64,000 nucleotides of DNA, taken from the NCBI RefSeq assembly GCF_006345805.1, contig NC_043000.1, positions 53,258,001-53,322,000 of the forward strand, written 5' to 3'. The stretch is from Octopus sinensis (Eukaryota). The notes under the pieces were generated by a model. The model ran no database searches, was not told where the DNA came from, and worked only from the letters and a program-made list of their open reading frames with translations. Shown in pieces: positions 39,721-50,152 of this stretch; positions within the stretch are counted from its first letter, which is position 1, and each line of letters begins with the position of its first letter. A program made the translations under genes and the position numbers.

Positions 39721-42700
39721 ATATACATACCTTCTAAAACAGACTACATTATAAAAGGCAGCTAAAAACATAACACGTTAGATATTCTCTGTTTACAAAA
39801 TTAGATTTTAAACTGTATAAAGCTGTGTTGTAGTAGACAAGAGTAATTGCATTGGGGCGAGTACGAAGGTACTTCACTGAAAAGAGCTAGTTCTATCTGC
39901 CCCTACTGAATCTTATAATCAAAAAAGGAGTTTTTTTGTGGCTTCTTCAGTTATTGCACAAGCAAGTGAACCTCACACTATTTTCTTCAGTAAAAGTCTT
40001 ATACTAGTCCTACATACTCCAATACAATAAGCGGCTGCGGCTAGACTGTTGACCAGTTCCGACTAAGAGCTCAAAGGCACTTCAGTAAATCAACTTTACA
40101 GTAATAATTACATTTTCGCCTGTGGGCAAACTTACCTATCATAGTTAAATATTCCAGAGAGTTTTCACAAATCTCCTTTGAGGTTACAGAAGTTAAAAGC
40201 AATTCACCAAACCCAGACTATATGGTTCTTAGAATGATATAATTTGTCATAAAAACTTAGACAAAAGTACCTCTCGTCTTTCAGTCCTGCGCTATTAGAA
40301 AAACAATAACTTATAATATACTAATCGATTGTCCTCCTATATAGATTCTGGCATTAGCACATTTATGAATTATCGATCATATATGCTTATATTCATTATA
40401 AAGTACTACTACATCAAGATCACTTCCTTCATATTTTCCCATATTATATTAGCTTACTTATAGACATACTTGATAACAGTCAGTAATATTTCAACACATT
40501 TAGTTTGGTATTGAGAGAGCAAATAGTTTTTATGAGAACGCAAATTGTTTTTACTTCAAGATCATGCTAAATCTAATTCACATTCATATTTGTAGTATAT
40601 TGTAGAGTTTGCTTTATTTTACTATTGCTAAAATCTTTATTCTACTTATTAATAGCTTGTAAATACATCTGCACTGCAATAAAGCACACTCTTCTGTATG
40701 TATTACTGTTTTGACTATGAATATTTAATAAGAAATTGTCTATATACTATTAGCTTTTCCATAACAAAATATTTACGGAATAGGAATATACATGCATAGA
40801 AATCGGAATTGTATTTCTTACTCTTAAAATTGTTAAAATGCAATATTATGGGCGTAAAAATATATTTTAAACCTATATTCGAATGGAAAATTAATACCTT
40901 ATTTTCTTCTCTTAATAATATATTGCTGAAGATCTCAAATGTGTTTGTATGTAAACATGTATACAAGTTAGTTCGTCAGACTGTTCCTTTAATCTATGAA
41001 CTAAGTCAGAATTAATGTGTATAATTTCTGCTAGATATGTCGCTTCGCAAACATAAATTTCAAGCCAACACTGATAAATGTTCCCTTTAATCGAGCAGGA
41101 TTTAATATAAACATGAGTTATATAATAGTATAGATTCAAACGAGCGCAGCGTAATGTGTATAATATTAACGGAACCTACTTAATTTGATTAGTTATTTTT
41201 AACTATCATTATAATGTCTCAATATCTAATTACGAACATATTCAATTATCATCCATAGTTATTTATTTTAATTTTCCTTTTCTACACAAACGTTCAGATC
41301 GATTTTACATATTAAAAATTTATGTTTAACATTTGAGAAAATAACAGTATTTTTACATTTATCTGCTAAAAGCATAAGGACAAATTCTTTTCATTGCAGT
41401 GCTTTTCTGGACACAAATGACAAGAAAGCGTAGATCTATGAGACATTAATATAACGCTTTGTTCGGCGTTTCTCAAATAAAGGCATGCATTTCTCTTCTG
41501 TGAACTTAGGCGTATCTAGAAGTCACGCTTAAAAGTGCAATACATATTATTTAAAAACCTCTGGTAACTATTTCAAAATCCTTAATCGCATTAATATGCA
41601 AATATTTCAATAGAATAACTATTTTATTGGTAATTACGATTATAAACGATAACTTAAAACCAGGATACATTATATGTACATTCTAAAAATATTTCAACTT
41701 CAATAAAATATAGGATATAAAATATTAAGATTTGAAATTCATATCAGCTGAATACATAAGTGAAGCATACAATAATAGATACGTGTGTTTTTTATGGATA
41801 ATGTGTGTTCGAGTGAAGGTGTATTAAATTATGAAAAACAGTAGACCATTTCTGTATGAACTTATATATACACCGCACACACACGCGCATACACCTATAC
41901 ACACATACATATACATATACATATACATAAAGAGAGAGAGATATTAATATATGTAAATATATATACACACATGTATGTATGTATGTATGTATATACATAT
42001 ATATATATGTACGCATGCATGTATGTATGTATGTATGTATGTATGTATGTATGTATGTATGTATTTATGTATGTATGTATGTATGTATGTATGTATGTGG
42101 AAAGTTTGTTTATGCAGAAAGGATAATGGGGAATGGATGCATAAAGAAAGGTATAGAGATAAAGGGCTTATGGAAGGAGATTATCCAACCAATAATTTTA
42201 TGAGGTATATCGATTTTATATTTCTTATTAAAATTATAGAATACATTCAACATCGTTTATAGTGTTAAGAATTTTTCACGAAAATGATGGCATAAAATGA
42301 AATATCTTAATATATATTCCAAACATAAGAATGACTAAGATTTAAATTTTCGAAGGTAAGGATTCCTGCAAACATTTGACAATAACAAAGTAGATAAAAC
42401 TAAGATAATATTTGAACAGATAAGATCATGTCTGATCGTTGAAAGCAAGAAATTTGATACGAATACGTTCCCAAAACTCCATGGTGTTCTCTCACGCTCT
42501 GTCATACTGCTTCTTCCTTTCTTTCTTTCTTTCTCTCTCCTCCTTACACACACACACACACACACAAGCATTATTTGACTGTCCTAGGTTTGTTTAATCG
42601 TGACTATTCAGTGAGATTTCTCTCATGTGTCTAAATGAGTAAGTCCATGAAATAGAATTACACATCGGTTGGAAGCAATCTCTGTTTGGAAATTTAAGGA

Positions 42701-42757
42701 GGGGTTTGTGTGATCGAATTTTCCAGATGTTTTAAGGTGAGCTGTTGTTCTTTGTAG

Positions 42758-42905
42758 AAATGCCGTTGGACCTTGAAAGATTTTGGCTTAATACGGACAG
42801 GAGTAGCACATTCTTCCTGTATATTGCATTTCCTCATCGCGCAGATTCAATGAACCGGTTTCTTGAAGCTCGCATCCGCCAGATACCAACAACTTACAAT
42901 TCAAG
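42758..42905 (+). CDS. Candidate internal exon of an unidentified host gene (148 nt)
   Basis: Acceptor TGTTGTTCTTTGTAG and donor CAAG|GTAACA. Open frame (x)MPLDLERFWLNTDRSSTFFLYIAFPHRADSMNRFLEARIRQIPTTYNS; GC-richer than the flanks. Confidence 0.45.
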
Positions 42906-43078
42906 GTAACAAAACTGACGTTACATCAGTTCTTTCGTAACAAAAAATATTATCGACATGAGAAAATATTTACAATATCAATTAATGCGAAATGTTTCAA
43001 ATAATAATAGATCAAGGTCACGTAACGTAAGCGTTAATGTAAATGGGCCATACTTAGTTTTTGATAACTTGCGATATA

Positions 43079-43135
<57 letters not shown>

Positions 43136-43282
43136 TAGATATATATATATATGTGTGTATATAAATATATATATTATGTATCCGCTTTGCAAGATACTTG
43201 ATGTGAACTCGGGTGTTGAAACAGATATTGTCGTATTTGGGGATGGTCATGTTGTCAATTTAGCCAATGAAAACACACGCAC

Positions 43283-45815
43283 TATATTCACTTACTTCAG
43301 CTTCATTTCGTATTAATTCTATTTCAGCCAGAGTTCTTTCTTTCGTTACACTTATGTGACCTCCTCAGTGGACCTTTGCTTCCTTCTTTCCCTTTTGTCT
43401 CTCCTTCCTAACGGTTTGCCATTTTGTATTTCTGTTGTATATGTCTTTATTTGCGTATGCGTATATCCCTGTGTGTATCTATGTTTAGTTAGTGTGTGTG
43501 GGGGGGATGTGTATGGTACCTGCGTTATCAGTAGTCCCTGTTTACTCATATCAATTTAATTTAATTTATTTTATTTATTGCTTATATCTACTTATTTTTA
43601 CATTTCTTCTTTTTGTATTAATTTAATTCAGTTTAATTTTTTATATTTTGTTTATGTGTTTAATTATTTAATTCCTTTTATTTATATGTGAATTGTATTA
43701 GTTTCATATTATTATTAGTTTATGGGGATCTTATTCTGTCATAGGTTGTGGTGTGTGTGTGTGAGTTCTAGTTTTCTATTTTGGCTAGATTGATTAATTA
43801 TGTGAGTAATTTGTCTAAGCGTTGCATCCGTTCTATATGTGGACAAGATTTTAACTTCTATATTGTTGAGTGAGCTTCCGTGTTCCCGCTCGGTGTGCTT
43901 GTATAGAACGGATGAGCTCTTCTCTTTCTTAAGTTTCCTCCAATGTACATTTACCCGCTCTCCTATGCTCCGTGCTGTCTTCCCTACGTATGTCATTGTC
44001 TTGTTTCTGCACCGTCCCTCTACATTTTATTATATAGACTACTTTCCTAACTTTACAGTTTGTTTGTGGGTTAAATCTACATACAACATATTTCCTATCA
44101 GTATAGGGTGTTCTCTTAGTGATTGACAGAATTACCTGGCCTTTCTCCAACCTTAATTCTTAGCTAAAGCTTTTGTAGGAGGCCTTCTAAAGCAGTACGC
44201 CAGTTCGTCTCTAGGAGTGGTGTCGACGAACATAACACTCTGGTATTTGTGGTTATCATACCATGAGCTGGCCTTCCCTATTTTCTTCTTAGTCCTTTTA
44301 ATGGTATTCCATGGCTTGCTCCTATAGAGTGAGCAAATCCCAATCATATCGTTATGTATGATAGTTTCAAATTTCCTCATGGCTCCTTTCTGATCCTTTC
44401 TCTATGGCTGTATCCTCAGAACTGCATGCCATGACCGAAGTGTTGTATCTGTCTCTATAACTTTGTAGGGTCGCATATGTGGGACATATTTCTCATTACT
44501 CTGATGAGGTCTGTCATCAACATATTGAATTAGGCATTGTCTGTGATAGCTGAGTTCCAGTAGTATTTGTGGGCCATAGGTTGAGCATACTGGGAATGGA
44601 GTATTTGGGTTTTATTATTCACTGTTTCCAGCTAGAGTTCTGTATCTATTGCTAGTGTTCTAGTGTTAGGGTGTTTGTAGGGTAGTCCATCGTGACCTTA
44701 ATACTCTGGTGGATGGAGTTAGCTATTTGCTGGATGCTCTCCAAAGTTAGTTTCTATTTCTATTCAAGGGTACTCTCTTTTGGTGGAGGGGTGCCTTTAC
44801 CACTATGTTCATATTATTGACAAAGCAAGAGTACATGCTCATGAGTATGGAGTTCAGTGCTGTACAAGACGTTCTTTAAGCCTCCTGCCCAACCATATCA
44901 TAAAAAATCGGCCACATCAACGGCGATGCTAACTTCGATGGGTGCTCCTTTGTCCTGTGCGTTTATGTTGTTGTTAAACTTGACCGTGTGGCTTTTTAGA
45001 GTAACAATTATACTAGCTCCTAATGCATGCGCCATCATATTCTTTACTTAATATTTGTTTCGGGGGTCTGTATTGCTCTGGTCCACACGCTCCATCTCTC
45101 TATAGGGGTTTTCCTAGCCGTAGTAGTGATTGCAGGGGGTCTAACTTTTAAACGTCTAATGGGGCAGAAACGTCTAACGTCATATTTGCCTAGATATTCA
45201 TTGAATAAATTATAGTCGTATACAACGGACGCAACGCTTAAACACTTTACGGAAGCTACACACTTAATAGATCAGCCTAGCCTAAATAGAAAACTAGAAT
45301 GGAATACTAGCACACACACGCCACACACAACCTATGACAGGATAAGATCCCCATAAACTAATAATAATATGAAACTAATAAAATACACAGATAAATAAAT
45401 GGAATTAAATAATTATATACATAAACAAAATATAAAATTGAAACTGAATTAAATTAAATTAATACAAAAAAGAAGAAAGGAAAAAATAAGTAAAAAAAGG
45501 AAACAATAAATAAATTAATTAAATGAAATGAAATTAAATGAATGTGAATTCACAGGGGATGCTCATTATGCAGTTACCATACAGATTACCCCCACACACA
45601 CACGCACACTTACTAACCATAGACACACACAGGGATATACGCATGCGCAACTAATGACACATGCAACAGAATAAAAAATGGCAGATCGTTAGGAAGGAGA
45701 GACACAAAAAGTAAAGGACCACTGATGAGGTCAGAGAAGTGTGAAGAAAGAACTCTGGCCGAGACTCAATTAATATAAAATAAAGCTGAAGCAAGTGAAC
45801 ACCAAATATATATTG
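43283..45815 (-). mobile_element. 5'-truncated Penelope-like element (RT and GIY-YIG remnants) bounded by inverted ~500-bp pseudo-LTRs
   Basis: Minus-strand pieces are SHTVKFNNNINAQDKGAPIEVSIA (RT), YQSVMFVDTTPRDELA, and NCKVRKVVYIIKC / YVGKTARSIGERVNVH...LYKH (GIY-YIG). 43283-43783 is the reverse complement of 45283-45815, and each arm carries a degenerate hammerhead. Confidence 0.85.
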
Positions 45816-46030
45816 CATGTTTTTCCCCAAATACAACAAAATATATGTATTTATATTTCGGATGTCGGGGTGGAAATCTGCTCCAGCATCTCCTCAGTTA
45901 TTAAGATATACAAAAATGCTATGAAAATGACCATTAAACATATATATATTCAAAGAAGGAAATAGTGCTCTCTTTGTATGCATACATATGTTATATGCGA
46001 ACACTTATGCGTAAATGAATATCTAAACAG

Positions 46031-46160
46031 CATCGCCAATATATTTTTAAAAAGTTGTATTCTGTTTGGAAAACTATTCACACATATAGACATGTCAGAT
46101 ATTGAGATAATATTATCAACAAGAAAAACTATTCAAAAACTCATTAAAACTACATTTCAG
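46031..46160 (+). CDS. Candidate internal exon (130 nt), phase-compatible with 42758-42905
   Basis: AAACAG|C acceptor (weak) and TTTCAG|GTTAGA donor. The AG+C junction gives Ser, then IANIFLKSCILFGKLFTHIDMSDIEIILSTRKTIQKLIKTTFQ. Confidence 0.35.
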
Positions 46161-46322
46161 GTTAGAAAAATGTTAGAGTTGCTTCCGATATCTGCATTGG
46201 AGCTAGTGATCTGGCGGAAGTAACAGATCTTTCTCGATTGCACGTGCTTTTTTCTCGCTTTTATCAGTAGAAACCCAGAGCATATACAGAAGATTTGCAA
46301 TGAACTACGCCATTTCTTGTAG

Positions 46323-46556
46323 GCATATGATCACCAGATCGCAGTCGAAATATATACTAATATCACAAATTCCCTCGATGTTATAATTAAACTTTCTAAC
46401 GGTTTCTTGTATCCTTATCGTGCACACAATGTGTGTTTGAATTATGTAAACGAAAACAACCTCAAAAATATTAGTCATACGCTTGGAAAAAGTATTTTGC
46501 TCGGAGTTTCTAATATTTCTACTAACCAACAAATCTTTAAAAACCACCTAAGATGA
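46323..46556 (+). CDS. Candidate exon, phase 0, open for 77 codons (true donor may lie inside)
   Basis: CATTTCTTGTAG|GCA acceptor. Reads AYDHQIAVEIYTNITNSLDVIIKLSNGFLYPYRAHNVCLNYVNENNLKNISHTLGK..., in frame with the previous candidate exon. Confidence 0.35.
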   Translation, partial: AYDHQIAVEIYTNITNSLDVIIKLSNGFLYPYRAHNVCLNYVNENNLKNISHTLGKSILLGVSNISTNQQIFKNHLR

Positions 46557-46989
46557 TTCAGTGCCCAAGCTCGTAACGGATATTCTACAAAAGTCAAAAT
46601 TGTTTTTGAAATTTATAGAACTGCAAATGGAATACACTGCAACAGAAATACTTCAATTTATAAGTTACTGCTCCTCTGACTAAAGATAATTATATATTCA
46701 AAATAATGAACTATCTACGCTCCACTCGTATACTAGCGTATCGGTAAAAACAATGCCAAACTGCATTATTCTAGTACACATATCCTTTCACGTAATATTT
46801 CTCGTTCATGCATCAGTAAACTTTACCGAATTAATAATTCTTCCGCATGTAAATGCAATTGTAATGCAGTTCATTGGTGTTAATTCAATTCTGACTTTTT
46901 AGCAGCGATATCATTAATATGATCATCGTTACTACCTTTAACACGACTAACGTTGGTGGTAGTTAAACATCAAATTCGTTGGAAACAAA

Positions 46990-48740
46990 CTTTATTCGCC
47001 TGTATATTTGTTTACATGTACCTAGGGATTTAAAGTATCACTTATTTTTTTCGTAATGACATTTTATTAATTTTTGGAATGATGAACGTAGGGACTTTAG
47101 CTTCATATCACCAGCGGAATTTCCTCACAGAAGAAGCAGCAGGTAATTCTTATGCTTTAAAACCTAATGTTGATTATTCTTCTCGAAAACTAGATACCCG
47201 AGTAGACATCAGTTTCTCAAAAATTGCACTTTCATCAAAACTGTATACATGCTCAAATGTGTAGCATTTTTTGACATTTCAATAAGCTCATTTTGTACCT
47301 CTTAGGGAGCTTCTGATTCATCAACTAAGCGAGGCTGAAAAGCAAGTTTCAGAGTAATGTTATGTTTTTCAAAATCATTGAATCTTTTATTATATTCTTC
47401 TATTAATGAGTTTAAAACTCACTCGCATTCTTCAAACGATTTATAGATATATTCTTTTTCCCTCATTACCTATTTAAGCTAAGGAAAGTCTTCTAAAAAA
47501 TTTGATTTAACTAAAAGGAACTTGAAAAACGATATTTTTTCTAAATGCCCAAATTTTTTGTCACATGTTATAAATACAATTATTTTGTCTTGCAACAAAA
47601 TGTTTAACTCATTTTATTTTGACATCACATCACATAAAAATGCAACATCTCTGTAAAAATTTGGATCTGATAAATCACGTTTGTTGTTTCCTTTGAAAAA
47701 GTAAATTATTTGCCTTCGTAAAGACAATAGTATAACTAATACTTTCCCTTGCAACAACCAGCGTACTTCTGAGTGATAAGACAAATTCACATTAATTACT
47801 TTGTCACGCATCATCAGCGTGTTTCGAAATTGACGATGCTTCAGGGCATTTTCTCGAATATAGTTTACAATACTTATAACCTTCTGCAAAGTGTCACTTA
47901 AAATGACATTTTGCAGAGATTTTGCTGATGTAAAATATAATAAAAAGAAGTCAGTACCTTTGGTTCTTTGGTTACTCTTTTAAGATGTGCAATAAATCCG
48001 TCATTTTCAGCCATCATATCCTGGCGGACCATCCGTGCACATATTATTTACGAAATTAGTTGTTAAAAATATCTATCCCTTACATCATTCCTTTGATGAG
48101 ATAATTCTTTATATAATTGAAAATCATCAGTTATAGCACGAAAAATACAATAGTTGTGCTGAATCTGTGGAAGCTACTGCGCAATATACAACTTTTTGGA
48201 TTATAGCTTTCAATTGTTCTCTTACATTACAGGCCAATTGATACTGTCGATCTGTATTAGTCCTTGAAAGAGGCACCTCTTTATATTTGTTAACTTTACC
48301 ACTTCTAAAATACATTTCGTTATGAGTTCTGCATCGCTAAATGGCTTACCATTTTTTCCAAGTAAATATGCAACTATATAGCTGACTTCTGTTGCAGCAT
48401 TTCTTTGATGCAACACAGACTGGAAAAATTGCCTTTGCTTTTGTTTTCCATCTTTCAAATTCTGCAATGCTTATCTTTCAAGACTCACCCTCTAATTTGG
48501 CATATTTATTGTCTTTATGAAGAGAATAAAAAGTTGCTGTGTATTGAATTTCTTAACCGTTACAATTGCGGTATCACAAAACAAGACATTTTGCCTCCTC
48601 TATTTGCTAAAAGATATTGCAATTTCTAAGATCCTGTTTTCTTCTTTCAAAGTTCGTTTTAATTTTTTTGACATAATTATGAGTTAAAAAGAAATCTATT
48701 TATTCTGAAACACCATTAACAAACAATAGTTTAATAATGA
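46990..48740 (-). mobile_element. Degraded hAT transposase (Buster/SPIN/Charlie, GTF2IRD2-like)
   Basis: Pieces KRTLKEENR, AATEVSYIVAYLLGKNGKPFSDAELITKC, STDSAQLL and VISIVNYIRENALKHRQF...YHSEVRWLLQGKVL...VAFLCDV match the Charlie/SPIN motif order. Many stops and frameshifts; TIRs not identified. Confidence 0.85.
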
Positions 48741-50152
48741 ATTGGTAACGTCGGCCGCACACTGACCTAAATAAAACAGTCCTACACAAAATACGATAAA
48801 CTCGCATCCCAAATCATGTTTTTGTTTTTGACTTTAGCAGCTGTTACTACCATTCGAGACTGAATAACATCTAGATTAGCAATAACCTTTTTCTGTAATT
48901 AGTACTATTATTTACCATTACTTATTTGTTGCACAAATAATGTCAAATATCGACGGTTTCCAATCTCACAAAATAATGACAATTGTTGAAGTTATGGCCA
49001 AGATTCCAAGAACATGGTCTGGATGCTGATTGATAATGTCTTGTCTAAGACCGTTTTGTCTGAAGCAGTTTGCAGCCAGCTTAGCAGAGTAGCAATGAAA
49101 ACGATCACTGTATCACTTATCAAGTCTCTGATAAAAAGCAAGTCTATGAAATTAGCGGACGCACTGATGGATTTACGGTTTCAAATAAGACTGTAATTAA
49201 CTCAGTCTCACAAAACAAGTCAGTAAGAAGTTGACCACGACTGCTCAATTACTAAGTAAAGTACGTAGCATAGATCACAATGAAAAGGTAGACGAGGAAG
49301 GATTTCTTCATGTATGATACGTGAAGTCACTCCCACTAGGCTTGTGTAGCTGACAAGGAAATATTACATTTGTATACCTGTTGGTTTGAGTTTAAATTCA
49401 AAGGAAATTGCTTCCAATCTCTGGGAGTGACATCACTAAACACAGTTTACTTTCCTTTCGTCCATATGATACCTATTGTAAGTTTAGGGCGTATAATGAT
49501 TTTAGACAAAAAATATTCTGTCAAAAAACAAAAGAAATTGGCCCGGAATGTTGCATGTTCCCCATCTCTGGACTAAACTATGATACTTATTGAAGACTAA
49601 TATTAAAATAACTTAATGCATAATATAAAGTAACCACTAAAAAAACTCTTGAAAATCAAATCTGAAATTAAAGAAATTATGATGGACTTAAACGTGGTAG
49701 GTCGAACGGAACCTATGAAGCCAAATGAACATAGAATTAACATCAAGGACCACAAATGAACTTTCATGACAACCCCTTTGTTTGATTTATTTGCTCGACT
49801 ACATCTGATATCGGCCGGCTTAGCAAATAATTCTGGATACGGTCTTACTCTTCCTACTTCCTAAATTATCGTTTAGATTATGGTGCAATACTGACAAAGC
49901 AATACACTGGTTCACATCTATTGTAAATGTGAGTAAAAACTCGTTTATGCAGTTTGATATCAACAGTTATTATTCTAGAATGTCCCCTATTCTCTTAAAT
50001 AAGGCCCTGATTTTCACTAAAGGCTTCTCTCTTACAACCAGGGATAAAATAGATATACTCGTAGCTAGGAAAACTATTATAGAATTTGAGGGTAGACTAT
50101 GGACGAGTTGTGATACACCTGATAACTTTCATATTGCCATGGGCTCAAGTGA

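Noticed and set aside
39389-39771. Numerous 60-160 aa ORFs such as [12 protein letters not shown] repeats here and at ~3000-3630, 5473-5759, 10026-10290, 25148-25493, 29649-30005, 41975-42262 and 54889-55198
   Set aside because: These are stop-free frames through microsatellites, not genes.
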